Source: Octopus vulgaris (taxonomy: Eukaryota). From it: a stretch of 64,000 nt of DNA. The position numbers and the translations under genes were made by a program. Location of the stretch: the NCBI GenBank assembly GCA_951406725.2, contig OX597828.1, positions 5,518,001-5,582,000 of the forward strand, read 5' to 3'. The notes beneath the pieces are model-generated. The model was not told where the DNA came from. It was given only the letters and a program-made list of their open reading frames with translations, and made no database searches. Each line of letters opens with the position of its first letter. Within the stretch, counting starts at the first letter, position 1. Below, piece by piece: positions 27,946-41,503 of this stretch.

Positions 27946-28955
27946 TAGATAACTTGGAAATTAGCTATGCAATAAAAGTTTGTGGTAAACTGGGTAAAAA
28001 TACAAGACTTATGAAATGCCCTAGTCTGCTAATAAATTAAGTTGTGTTACTTGAGCAAGTATCCTTGCATGCAGTAAATGTTCAAGGATGGTAATTTGTA
28101 TGTGAGCGACGATGGGAAGTTTCGAAGGTAGAGAGAGACATAAGAACATCAGAACTGTTTGAGAAAGTTCTCAATTTCTAAATGAAGACTGTTATGTGTC
28201 TATAAAGACTATGAGCGTGCAATGTACATAGATTTACGAACGTCTAAACATGTCCAAAGAAAAGGAAATATGCGTTAGTGACCGCAGGGAAGTGGGTGAG
28301 CTCCTTACTTCCTGCCCCAGAGTGCTTGAAGCTCTTTGACGAAAACTGAATTGTCTGTTATGAACAAGAGACAGAATGCTCGATGTAAGAATCCTGGTTT
28401 CCCGTATGCTCAAGAAAGCCAGGCGAAACAAATTCATAGGGCAGCTCGAGATGATCCCATTTTTCGCCAGATAGGGCGTCATCTACACCCACTCGCTCTC
28501 CATGGCCAGAGAGTCAAGAAAGAGTACTTTGTGGAGTGTTTAAGGGAATCCAGGTACAGTTTTCTTTGCAAAAAGACGGAGGTCCTTCACTTCGATCGAC
28601 GGTACTTGTACCAGGATAATGCACTAGTTTACAATTCTCATTTGTCAAAGATAAACATGAAAACTATTCCTCGCCCAACTGTCCAGACATTGGTCTTTGT
28701 AATTTTTGGTTGTTACCCAAGCTGCAAGGGCAGTAGATTTGAAGAAAATGAGAGGATAAAGGAGACTGGGTAAAGAGTCCCCGGCACCCATATTTTAGAA
28801 GACAACTGTGGAGTTTTCAGTAAGTTCTTGGAGCGCTGAAAAAAATGCAGTGCAATCAGCGGTTTCTATTTTGGATGAAATCAGAGCTTGTACTTCTTTG
28901 AAATTATTAGTCATCTCTCCCAAAAGTGGCTTGAAACTTTTGAAATGCACCTTGT
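27945..28955 (+). mobile_element. Degraded mariner-like transposase region
   Basis: GQRVKKEYFVECL and YLYQDNA (LHQDNA-like) motifs, FWLLPKL.G.RF-like C-terminus; ends in a TIR-like AAACTTTTGAAATGCACCTTGT. Confidence 0.7.
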
Positions 28956-29020
28956 GTGTGTGTGTCAAAATATACATATATATATATATATATATGAGTA
29001 TACATATATATATGTTATAT

Positions 29021-29058
<38 letters not shown>

Positions 29059-29689
29059 CGTGCGCGCACGCGTATGTATGTCCACAAAACTAGCGTCGTT
29101 AATATTAACGATTATTGCGAAAAGACTGTATAAGCAGGTTGACTGCACTATTATGTAGATTTTTATCGGTTATCAGACTGGTGTCCAGACAACGAAAATT
29201 GAATTCTCTGTGCTGTAAAGTTGTGTCAGGTTTACTTATCGCTAAATGTCGTATTATAAAAGTGTTAGTCTCGAATGAACAAGTTAATGATAAAAAAAAT
29301 ACATTAAACTACAATATATGGAATAAGTTCATATTTTTCTCGCGTGCCAAGTAAAGAAACATACTTTATTGGCCGTGTTTCTCAAGGCAATTTATCAATA
29401 ATTCCAAATTATGCTTGCGTGATTGAGGAAGAGGAAAAAAATTAAGAGCAAATGCTTCCAGATTTAAAGAATAGGATACCATTGATATATACCATAAAAA
29501 CAATTTTGAGCATGGACACGTCGTATCAGAATAAGTGTCGCGGTGAGAAGCAAAAAAAAAAAAGAAAAAATATTTCTTAAAGGTACGAACGTGTCATGTA
29601 AGATGTAGAAGTATTTTATCGTGAATATGATCATACAGGAAAGAGAAAACTCGATGTGTAATATTCATTCACTTTAAGAATCCGCGCTA

Positions 29690-29880
29690 GCAGATTCGTT
29701 AATACGCTTAACGGTATTTTGTCCGTTTTTATCTTCGGAATACAAATTTTACTGAGGTTGATTTTACCTTTTATCCTTTCAGAGTCAATAAAATAAGTGC
29801 CAGTTGATCTTTGGGGGTTGATATAATCGATTTACCCCTCCCACGAAATGTCTGGCCATGTGCTATAATTTGAAACTGAT
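29690..29880 (+). mobile_element. SINE family C, degraded
   Basis: GAGGTTGATTTTACCTTTTATCCTTTC..GTCAATAAAATAAGTGCCAG matches the core of the 31485 and 47762 copies. Confidence 0.6.
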
Positions 29881-31484
29881 ATTCATTCATCTTTGTTTGC
29901 TACTAAACGAACTACATTTGTTGCTATAACAAGTTTGAACATTTCCTCGAAATGTCCCACGGTTTTGTATGATACTTGATAAACAGGGGAGAGAACGGAG
30001 ACTTGAATGTAATGGAACAGGGATGTCATACATTTCAAAAAGAGATTTTATCTTTTAAAATATATGTAGAATACTCAAACGTAGCTCTGTTGTGTTAGTG
30101 TGATATTTTGCCGGATAATATTGTATCTCACTAAACTTACTGATGCATACTAACTCTCAATAGAGTACTGCTGTCACATTTTGAAACGTTCTTGGTACGC
30201 AGAAGAAAAATCTCAGCTGCATACAGAGAGGAGCCACGGAATTGGCATTCATCGTTAATGGATACGCTTCATTCTATATTTCTCAGAGTTGTCAATAAAA
30301 CCCCACGCCATCTTTCTTTCCTTCAACCTACCCCACCGGTTCCACCCCAACACCTAAACCTACTCTATTTTTCTCAATGGCATCGAATCCCCTGAACTTT
30401 CTTGCTCCTCTTGTTTTTTCTAGAGGTATTAACAGCAACAGTTTAAAAGGTAATCTAACTTCCTGAAGGTGATTTGTTTTTGTGTACTTGCAAAGGTCTT
30501 TCTCTCCAAACTAAGCAATTAAAACAATTGGATTAAACATACAGTGGCAAACTTCTATTCTCTCCATGGCCAAGCAAAGAGGCACCATTTATTCTTGAAA
30601 TGGTAAATAAAGCTGAAATATGAAATCCCTTCTTTTGGCTCTTGTCTGAGAAATTAAAGATAGATTAACTTCATAATCTACATTTACTAAGAATTTAAAA
30701 ATGAGATTTTACTACAGTGACACTCCTATGAATTTAACTTGCATCTCTGTATAGAGAGGTTATAGACATGGTTTTACAACTTTGTTGGTATTTCGATTAA
30801 TTTATTAAAATATGTTCCAAACGATGCTTCAATAATATGAATTAATTCAGAAAAAGTTTTACTTTGTGTGATCTTCGTATATAATATGAACTGTTAATTA
30901 ACTGTTGAATAACGTTAATCAATCTATCTACGGTTCGAACACACCCCCGGAACATTATTGTGCATCTCAGCTGATCTAACTGCCGGACAGTGCCTCTTTT
31001 GTCTAATTAATTCATGTTATCAACAATTACAAAATTCTTTAAACCGAGGTAGACTGATTTAGTTCTAATTTAATTTATGTATTTAATGATCAATAGCAAT
31101 AATCTATTCTCTTTGTACTTTTGGAGTAACTTGTCGCTGATGAAGCGATTGTAAAATCTGAAACTTTCGATGGCACAGCATTTTCTGACATAAGAGAAAT
31201 TTTAATGTTTTAAGTACAGTATCTACTTTTCAAAGAAAAACTTGAATTGTGTGTCTAACAAAACCATATTCTTATTTCTGTGTCTTTAACAGTAATTTCT
31301 CGTAACATCTGGCATTCCTTCTATTTCTATAATATTAATGTAGAGTCATGGAGGTCTACATCAATTCAAATGTGCTATAAACTGTTATATACTGATTTCA
31401 AATTTTGTCAAAAGTCCATTATTTTCGAGGGACGAGTAAGTCGAAAACATCTCCATCAGTACTCAAGTGGTACATATTTTATCA

Positions 31485-32030
31485 AAGGTAGCGAGCTGGC
31501 AGAAACGTTCGCACGCCGGGGGAAATGCTTAGCGGTATTTCGCTTGTCGTTACGTTGTGAGTTCAAATTCCGCCGAGGTTGACGTTGCCTTTCATCCTTT
31601 CGGGGTCGATAAACTAAGTACCAGTTACGCACTGGGGTCGATGTAATCGACTTAATACCTATGTCTGTCCTTGTTTGTCCCCTCTATGTTTAGCCCCTTG
31701 TGGGTAATAAAGAAATAGGTATTTCGTCTGCCGTTACCTTCTGAGTTCAAATTCCGCCGAGGTTGACTTTGCCTTTCATCCTTTCGGGGTTGATAAATTA
31801 AGTACCAGTTACGCATTGGTGTCGATATAATCGACTTAATCCGTTTGTCGGTCCTTGTTTGCCCCCTCTGTTTTTAGCTCCTTGTGGGTAAAGAAATAGG
31901 TACTTATTTTATCGACCACAAAAGGATGAAAGGCAAAATCAATCACGAGAGAATTTGAACTCCGATCTTGAAGACCGATTAAATAACGTTAAGTATGTTG
32001 CTCGGTGTGCTAAAGATTCTCCTAGTGCTA
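31485..32030 (+). mobile_element. SINE family C with duplicated body (31535-31718, 31718-31898), followed by an inverted partial copy (31898-32030)
   Basis: GAGTTCAAATTCCGCCGAGGTTGAC..GCCTTTCATCCTTTCGGGGTCGATAAA.TAAGTACCAG occurs twice. The core resembles the conserved Meta/Nin-type SINE domains (recalled, not verified). Confidence 0.8.
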
Positions 32031-32504
32031 CCTTTTGAAGTTTCCATATATTACCATTCTATGAGCAAGTCAATAAGTATACAAAATACATAACATTATA
32101 AAAATGGAGATGTTATGAACATGGTTTTACAACTTTGTCAGGGCTACGAAAACAACAGGCGAAGATCTATATCTTATAAGTTATTACAAATACGTTAACT
32201 TATATTTACAAACGAGGATAAGTCACATTAGTTAACTGTTTATCGCTAACGTATATTTCTTAATATTTAATTTCTATACACTACTATTAGGTGCAGTACA
32301 ATTCTTTCAACGGACGAATGGAACTCGCAACCTCACTCACTCACGGCTGGTCGCAGACTGGATGGCGGTGAAAAATGGAAGTTTACCTTATACCTACTCT
32401 CTGTTCTCAACTTTTCAAGCTGCCTTCCCTATATGTTTATCGTCCTTTTAATACCAAGGATAAGTCCGAACAAGTCTGTAACTTACGAGAAAATTTATAT
32501 ATAT

Positions 32505-32601
<97 letters not shown>

Positions 32602-33346
32602 TTCTATAAGCAAGTCAACGTGTAACTATCATAAAAACAAATCGCTGAAAACATTGAGACAACTCATATTTATCTCGTTTACACAGACAATGAGAGCAAA
32701 CACTTGTTTTACTGGGAGGAGTATGCAAGTGTTTATTTTAAGGCTAAAATATACTTTTGCTAGAAATATTGCCTCGGTAGTTTTCCTGACTTCTACATTT
32801 ATCCCGTGCACGCATTTGCTTTGGATCGATTTATATTTTGTAACACATTTTATTATTATGAAATAGGTTACAGCTGTTTGTTCCTACCTGACAATGACTA
32901 TTCATATACGTAATAACACTCTTCTTCACACTATTATCAGACAAAATATGTAATTGATATGTGATAAAGCTACAGAAACAGATGACAGTATATTGGTTGA
33001 TCTCTTTCTTATTTTGCAATGGTTAGAATATCCTCAGGGTTAACTACATTCTACTTTTAAGAGCATGGCTGAAAGGTGAATTAAATACATTTATCCTAAA
33101 ATATTAGAGTGCTTTTATTAATTAATATATATTGCTCATGATTACTGTTTCAATATTAAGTATTTAAATTTAAATATATTTGATTTTCTGAGTTCGAAAG
33201 ATTTATAGAGGCTATTCTTTGTTCACTACAGGGAGTAAACTATTTCGAATACAGGAAGATACTGAACTCGACATTTATAAGTCAAAGTTCATATATATAT
33301 ATATGAACAGGGTAACTCTAACTTGATTTAACCTTATTTGCATATA

Positions 33347-34018
33347 TATTGAGGTGGCAACTAAGTCCCCGCCTTTCTTTTAAATTTAAACATTTTAAAA
33401 GGTTTAATAAAAGAAAATAACAACTAATTAATCAATAATGTATTCACCCTTGTTGTTTACAACTTCTTTCCAACGTTCATCAAGATCTTCAATACCTCGT
33501 TGGTAGAAATCACCCGATTTCGCCTCGAAAAATTGATCCAACCAAACTCTCAATTCTGCATCAGTACTGAATGAAACTCTACGCATAGCGTTTGAAAGAG
33601 ATCGAAAGAGGTGGAAATCCGTTGGTGCCTAATTAGGAGAGTACGGCGGGTATGGCAGCACGTTCCAGCTATGCGTTTGAATGGTTTCCTTTGTGATATT
33701 GGCGATACGAGGGCGGGCGTTGTCGTGCAGCTGAAGAACTCCATGCTGCCGATTAGGTCTTTTCTCACGAATAGCCGTGTTGAGTCGTTCCATCTGTTGA
33801 CCGTTTGGTTCCCTTCAAGCAATTCGTAATGGCGTACCTCTCCATACATAGCACAAATATCGTGAGCAGCGACCTTTGAACCCTGATTAAAAGCAAAAAG
33901 AAGCTGTCAAAAATGTTCCTTTTTCTTAACTTGACAAAATGATTCAAAAATAGAATTCTCGAAATAAATAGATTCCAAAATTTAAAAAGACGGCAGGAAC
34001 TTAGTTGCCAACCCAATA
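33347..34018 (-). mobile_element. Internally deleted mariner (DD34D) element
   Basis: TIRs TATTGAGGTGGCAACTAAGTCCCCGCC / GGCAGGAACTTAGTTGCCAACCCAATA. Minus strand QLHDNARPR...LPYPPYSPN.APTDFHLFRSL. Confidence 0.9.
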
Positions 34019-34029
34019 TATATATATGT

Positions 34030-36300
34030 TAGGGTAGCTCTTAGCAATAGGTAATTTTCTGAAAGCTAAAATTTTGCTGGGTCCCCCACACCTAACCCTG
34101 TTCTAATCAACAAACAACGGGGTGTGCAACATTTCAACTCAATCGGATAACTCCTTGATGACCCTTAAACGCATTGAAGTTGGAACGTAGTATACGCAAC
34201 GATCAATTTTGTTCAAAAGCGGTACACTCTTTCCTCTCTCGACCATTTTCCTTTTTCTAAGAGAAATTTATGTGGACACATCCAGGTAACCCCAGCAAGT
34301 GTTTAAAAACGTTCTGAAATAAATTTACTAATAGTTAATTTGAAAAGTACCTGAAATAGCATGAAAAACTTAAGAAATATTAGGTTTTTCTAAATAATGC
34401 ACGCAACCTCCATAAGAGAAATCCATTTTTGTTTACAACAATAATTTCTATAGAATCAAAAAAATAATGCGGACACAGGACACCGAATAGTGAACATTAT
34501 TTTTGTATAAGAGAGGGTTTAGTGGCAGTTGGGTATGTTTTATGGTTTTCGGTTACGATCTGTACAACCAATAGTTTCCCAGTTTCATCTTTTGTGAGAA
34601 TGTTATTTTAACCCAGAATGAGTTTGACACCACTTTCTGCTACATCATTCACAATAACTGTCTTCTCAAGTTTTTCAAGTACACTTTCGCAACCAGGATC
34701 ATCCTTTTATATTGAAGGGTCTTTATCGAGGAAATCGGTGCTGACATAAAGAAGGTTTTTATACCATGCGTTACAAAGACAAAACTCGATGTTTCTAAAG
34801 GTAAAAAAGGTCATTTTTGGTGCAGAGTGCTCCTCTTCAATTGATTGTTCTCTTCATTCTCTTCTTCACCTTTGTCTGCTTACAGCATAACTTAAGTAAT
34901 ATTTGCCTTAACCTCTGTTGGAACATTGTCTCCAAATATGAATAGAGACACAGTTTCGGGTGCTAAGTAACAGAGATGGTTGGAATTTTTTTTTGCAGTA
35001 GACTTACTGATATCTGGGTCAATATCCTGATACTTTAGCAGTTGATGCATGAATAGGAAATCATGATAAGTGTTTTAATTTGTCCTGATAATAGAAACGT
35101 ACACTCAAGTATTAAAAAAGTATATTCTTCTCAAAGAGTTTATCTCCCCAGGAGATAACTGAAATTGATCGTGAAACAGGTATATCTTGAATGCATAAAT
35201 TACTTTTGACATCCTCCTAGCATGGCTTACATTTCCGGGTGTATGAAACGATATCCTTATCTTCGGTATGCCGCCAAAAATGATCATCGTTAAGTCCAAA
35301 AATTTCCGGTCATTATCTCACTGTTGTTTCTGCATAGAAAGTTGGTATTCAGCAAATCGAAGAATGGCATGGCGGACATCACCAGGCACCTCATTGCTAT
35401 CACTAAAGTAAAACTTCGTGTTGAGTTTCGTCCATGTTTCTCTAAATGTTTTGAAAAATGCTATGTCCGAACCAGACGTTGCACCCATCAATAAGTCGAA
35501 CTGCTCCTAAAAAATAACCCCAAAATGTGATGACTGTAAGGGAAATACAACAGGTCGCAATTGAACACAGCCACTCCTGCGCCTATAGCTTTCCAGTACC
35601 ATTCCCAATCTGGTCAACACTTTAACTGCCTCCAGTTAAATATACACAGGTTCCACTAATTTTTTAAAAATTGAAAAATTGGAAAGCAATATGCGGAACT
35701 GATAATTTGTGTTAGATTTCTTGTGATTATTTTTTCATGCTGTCGACTTTCAGCAGTTTGTTACGAATAGCCTTGTGCCAACACTCATTCATTTATCAAG
35801 ATAAGAACTGAGTAATTTTATTTTAACCGAAGTTGCATATACGCGAAAACGTTAAAAGATAGCCTCCTTTCCGTGCTAAGTTTAATACGTAAGACATGAG
35901 TGCAGATGATGCTATTAAAACTGTCTAAATAAAGCCACATCTATTTCAGTCTTCTGCACACAGAGCAAAGAATGTGATTTAGCCAAGCTAGGAAGTTTTT
36001 ACAACATTCGTCAAGCCTTCTTTCTTGTAATATTGTTTAACTGCAACATTTATATTTCACTGCCTGTATCGAAACTGGTCGTTTATTAAACACACCTCTG
36101 TCAATTTTTATTGCATCTCAACTTCTATTGATTTTGTTTAGAATTGCTACTAAATGAAACACGTAGCTTGTTAAAGATCTCAATTTCATGCAAATTTCTA
36201 CGGAGTAATTCTGTCTATTACACATATTACACGCTATATACACAATATAAAGAGTGTCTGGTATCCGTTATCAGACAACAGAGAAAGGTCAAAATTACTT
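34030..36300 (-). mobile_element. Degraded DNA transposon with an unclassified DDE transposase
   Basis: Minus-strand pieces in order: LLYFPYSHHILGL, SGSDIAFFKTF..W, PGNVSHARRMSKVIYAFK, HLCYLAPE, IVNDVAESGVKL. They match the CRHH / PGA.HHARWM / HLWYL / VVND.AERGVK transposase motif series. Ends not defined. Confidence 0.7.
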
Positions 36301-37317
36301 CAGCATGTTCCAGATTTGGCCGTCTGGCTAAAAAGGCGATTCCTCTAAAAACCCACCAAAATATTTTACTAATTCGTAACACACGATTGCTCACTTATGC
36401 AAATCAGTGCAGTCCGAATAATTTCAATGCGAACTTTTAGTATACTGCCTATTTTTATAAAATAGCGTTTTCTAGTTCAGCAGGTCAACGAACTAACTCG
36501 AAGTTAATGAAGCTTAGAATTATTTATTAGCTAAAACGTGAAGTTATTCAAAAATACAATCTTTTCACAAAGGAATTAAAGATCTGCTACACTACAAATT
36601 ATTTGGCTTTGTTTAGCTTTGTTTACCACACATCAAATCCTATTTGACAATTTCATGTGAAAAATTGTTCGCAAAACGCATATACATGTGTATGCATGTG
36701 TGTGTGTGTGTGTGTGCGTAAAGTAGATTAATATACATAAATATATATACATATATATAGAGAGTGCGATATACACACACACATACATACATATATATAT
36801 ATATATATGTGTACACACACACATATATAGAGAGACAGATAGATAGATAGATAGATATAAACATAAATACACACATGCAAACACGCGTATGTATATATGC
36901 AACCGCACAGACACAATCGGAGATACACACAACTTAAACGCGGCATTAATTCGTCCGGGTGTGGGATATATTCATTGAGTTCGCTTTCCAGCTAATTAGA
37001 ATGTCGTTGATGCTATGACCAGAGTCTACGTATAATCAATGAAGTGAGAGTTTCATTCTCGAATATAGGCACATAATAGAATATTTGCTAATTTAGTTTA
37101 CGGCAAAACTTAGAAGTTGTCTATTTTTCTTTTCTACAATTACACATTAAATCAGCCTGTTTTAAAATATAGTGTCTCCAATAAAGACTCTATATATTTC
37201 GTACGGCAAGATATTTACATACATGTATATATTTATGTGTTTATATGCATGGTTATATTCTAGTACGTACGTTTGGGTGTGCGCGTGTATATATAATAAA
37301 TAATTATTTTAATTATT

Positions 37318-37517
37318 TGACTTGTTTCAGTTATTTGACCGCGGCAATGCTGGAGTACCGCATTTAGTCGAACAAATCGATCCCACAACTTATTCTTTCT
37401 AAGCCTAGTACTTATTCTATCGGACTCTTTTGCTGAAATGCTAAGCTACGGGTCTGTAAACATACCAGCATCGGTTGTCAAGCGATGTTGGGGGAAAACA
37501 CAGAAAAACAAACACAT

Positions 37518-37561
<44 letters not shown>

Positions 37562-37713
37562 ACGACGGGCTTCTTTCAGCCTCCGTCTACCAAATCCACT
37601 CACAAGGTTTGGTAGGCCCGAGGCTATAGTAGAAGACACTTGCTGAAGGTACCACGCAGTGTGACTGAACCCGGAACCATGTGGTTGGTAAGCAATCTAC
37701 TTACCACATAGCC
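37318..37713 (-). mobile_element. SINE family A, near full length
   Basis: Both halves present; homologous to 59170-59583. Confidence 0.85.
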
Positions 37714-38443
37714 ATATATATTATATATATTATTATATGATCGAACACCACGCATCCTTTTCCAAGTAAGTTTTATCTTAATAATTACGATGCGCACTCT
37801 TCTATCCTTAATATCACTCTCCCTCTCTTGTTCTTCATCCTTTCTGGTTCTCTCTCCCACTCTTCCCTATTCTTCTCCTCTTCTCTTAACCCTTCTCTCT
37901 CTCTCTCACTCCTCCTCCTCGACTCTCTCGCCGCTTACACGTGACGAAATAGAATCTAACTCCCTGCCCAATACCTTCGTAAAGACAAAACGTGCTTATA
38001 CTGTATCCTTCATAAGCTCGTCTTCCTAGCGTTCATAATAATTTTTCTATCGTCTTGGCTTAACAGCTCTCACTGTTTATTTTTATTGTTTTGTTCTCAC
38101 TGTCCTGTTCTTGTTACCACTTTCAACCTCCGCAAAAAATTCCAAATTTTATTTTATTTACTTTGCGGGAAGGACTGTTTCAAAAAGGCCGCGTATTGTC
38201 CTTGCCTTCAGTACGCGGAGTAGATGAAACAGGGACAACTGAAGAAGGGGAATATTCTGTGTGTTGTATGACTCACTTCTCTGTTTGTTGTTTTTCGTTG
38301 TTCAAAAAATGTTCGTTTCAATTTTTTTTTTGTTTTTTATGTTTTCGTTTCTCATTGAGTTTAAAGTGTTTTAATGTCCTGTACACATATATGCATGTAT
38401 ATATACATATATATATAGGTATGCACATATATGTATGTATATA

Positions 38444-38554
<111 letters not shown>

Positions 38555-39166
38555 AAAAGAGCACAACAACGCAACAAAAAGGAACAAGACATAACATGCG
38601 GGAAATATAAACGATAGCACAGCAAACGTCAAACTGGACAGAAACAAGATACACGGATCATTCACAGCTGATACCTCATCAGTCGGAGTCCAGAATGTAT
38701 ATGTAGTTTCACCCCATTATATCCGATGCTATTAGAATCCGAGCGGTACCAGCGACTGAAGCTAAATGCGTTAAGCTTCTGGGAAAGGCAAACGAATTGA
38801 TACAAGAATGAAAACAGGAACAGTAACAAAAACGAGAACACTAGAATTTTACACGTACGACAGAACGCCTTTCCCCTATACAAATGAAGATATATTTTAT
38901 ATATACGAATACAAATAATTAAACTACAGAAAGGGTCTTTTGACATTCGGACCAACGTAATGTTATGAAATAATAATGCAAGTGCAACAGAAAAAGAATT
39001 ACACATTTCCAATGGACAAACGCCTTTTAGCTATACAACAAAAGGAAGATATTTGTATAATTACAACGATAATACATAACAACAATGTTTTTTCGAGCAT
39101 CGGGCATGCTTAGTAAGCTAGAGCCAAGGGAAAATGGAACAAATGGAAACTTTTAACAGATCAGGT

Positions 39167-39641
39167 GGGAAGCAATTTTTTTTTCCACTAGAGTTCCGGA
39201 CCCCACTAATGAACTTATTTGCATACAGCCCATCAGTGCTCACCTTGACTTTGTTGTCAAGGTTATGCCTTATTTTAGGAGACAAGTAATTAGATGGATT
39301 TGCATCCATACATATTGTATGATTTTTAGGGCCCAATATAGTAAAGATGTGGATGGGAAAATGTGGGTAGAGGGTGATGTGCTATCAACCCTCTCCCCTT
39401 ACTGTTTTACAAAGTAAACAACACAAATAACTACACAGAGGCAGCCATCGTTAAAACAAGAACCAGAACAACAAGCATTATTAAACGAGAAATGTAGCAA
39501 TGTCATTCCATACAGAAGTGACTTTATCTTATCGCCCATCATTTATGCGCCATAAATTAGTTTGATAGTTGAGCTCTGATTGGCTGTATGCAAAAGAGTT
39601 CATATCTGTGGTCCGGAAGTCTCGTGGGAAAAAAAGAATTT
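39167..39641. mobile_element. MITE-like inverted repeat (about 75-bp arms)
   Basis: TTCCGGACCCCACTAATGAACTTATTTGCATACAGCCCATCAGTGCTCA vs TGAGCTCTGATTGGCTGTATGCAAAAGAGTTCATATCTGTGGTCCGGAA. Confidence 0.7.
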
Positions 39642-39709
39642 CGCGGGAGGGTGACAGACGGATGTCACCAGCCTGACGGGCGGCTGGCCGAAAAGAGGAC
39701 GACAGTGAT

Positions 39710-40120
39710 CACGCGGTAGGAGATAGGAGATGAAGAGGCAGAGGAAGTAAGGAATGGGTTAGAGGAGAAAAATCAGAGATACTAAAGAATGAGAGATGGA
39801 GACAGAGAAAGAGAGAGAGAGAGGGAGAATAAAAAAAGTACATGGATGGTAAGTGAGGAAGGAAAGCAAAGGGATAGAAGAATAAGATTGCGGGAGAAAA
39901 GGGATAAGGGAATACGAGAGAGAGTAAATGAAATCGAAGGGACAGAGAAACGAGGGGTAGAGAGAGAGATTGAAATAGAGAGAGAAAACAGGAATAAGAG
40001 AGAAAAGCGAGGAAGGGAGGGTGAGGTAGACAGAGAGGGAAAAAGAGAAAAGAGAGAAAGAGAGAGTGAGAGCGAGAGAGAGAAAATAAAGGAAAAAGAG
40101 ATAAAAGCGAGGAAAGCGGG
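39710..40120. repeat. Purine-rich (GA) low-complexity tract
   Basis: Direct reading. Confidence 0.85.
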
Positions 40121-40256
40121 TGAGCCTGTACGTAATATTCAAGGGATATCTTTTTTAACAAAATAAACAAGTTGTAAGGAGCGGTGCATGGATAAATCGA
40201 AGGTAGAACCGAAAGAACACAACAAAAAGAAACCATTAAATCACAACACACACACA

Positions 40257-40314
<58 letters not shown>

Positions 40315-40524
40315 GTTTGTATGAGTTAGATGTTAAGCAACCATCTAAGGGATAATAAATATCCAATATAATACTGGATGTATACCTGCGTATTTATATC
40401 AAAGTGCTTACTATTGTATGGCAATATCCCGATTGAATACTAGGTATGGGTGGGTGTAAAACAGAAATTTACCCAGGATTTATAAGGCAAATAAGAAAAT
40501 GGATAAGATAATCAATCGACAAGC

Positions 40525-40699
40525 ATCAGCCTGTAAGCATTCATTTATATCTATTTATTAATTGATTACAAACATATGTATAAGTAATTAGAATAAGCAA
40601 ATGAAATAAACGAACGTATTTCATTCGTTTATTGTATCACTTATACATATGATTGTAATCAATTAATAAATAGATATAATTGAATGTTTATTGGCTGAT
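40525..40699. repeat. Imperfect fold-back palindrome at the end of a (TA)n-associated element
   Basis: ATCAGCC..CATTCATTTATATCTATTTATTAATTGATTACAA vs TTGTAATCAATTAATAAATAGATATAATTGAATG..GGCTGAT. Confidence 0.85.
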
Positions 40700-40907
40700 A
40701 TTAATTCGTCCGGGTGTGGGATATATTCATTGAGTTCGCTTTCCAGCTAATTAGAATGTCGTTGATGCTATGACCAGAGTCTACGTATAATCAATGAAGT
40801 GAGAGTTTCATTCTCGAATATAGGCACATAATAGAATATTTGCTAATTTAGTTTACGGCAAAACTTAGAAGTTGTCTATTTTTCTTTTCTACAATTACAC
40901 ATTATTG

Positions 40908-40971
<64 letters not shown>

Positions 40972-41175
40972 AATGTGACCGCGTGTGTACCGTTGGCGAT
41001 TTTTTCCCCTCTTTCTTCCCATCTCTAGATCTTTCCTTCTCCTATGTTTCCGACGAAGAGCTCCGCTCGAAACGTTAAACCCTCCTTCTTTCCTTCTTTC
41101 CTGAGCGTCCAATAATACTATATTTGTTCTGCCCGTTCTCGCATTGTTTTGTTTTTGGTGCTTTCATGTTTGGAT

Positions 41176-41218
<43 letters not shown>

Positions 41219-41250
41219 TTTATTTAAAGTAGCGGAAAATTCAACAAAAC

Positions 41251-41288
41251 CTGTTACTCTGAGATTCACGTCCCCGTTCGTCGGACAG
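41251..41288 (-). ncRNA. Very compact hammerhead-like motif (CCGACGA variant)
   Basis: CTGT-CCGACGA-ACG GGGA CGT-GAATC-TCAGA-GTA-ACAG; stems I and II pair, two core substitutions. Confidence 0.5.
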
Positions 41289-41503
41289 TTTTTGTTAGAG
41301 AAAGGTTCCCCACCCCCACCCCCACCCCAGCCGGAGATCGTGGAGCTTTAGGTGTTTTCGCTTTTTAAACACTCACGGTCTGAGAATCGAAACTGCGATC
41401 CTACGACCGCGAGTCCACTGCCCTAACCACTGGCACATTGCATTTCCACAATATAATATATATCTGCTATATATGTGTGTGTACGTATATATATATATAT
41501 ATT

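Noticed and set aside
30766-32138. Direct repeat ACATGGTTTTACAACTTTGT of about 20 bp, at about 30767 and 32119
   Set aside because: Too short and isolated to interpret; it does not clearly bound an element.
39789-40166. Charged E/R/K-rich 125-aa ORF
   Set aside because: Lies entirely in a GA-rich low-complexity tract.
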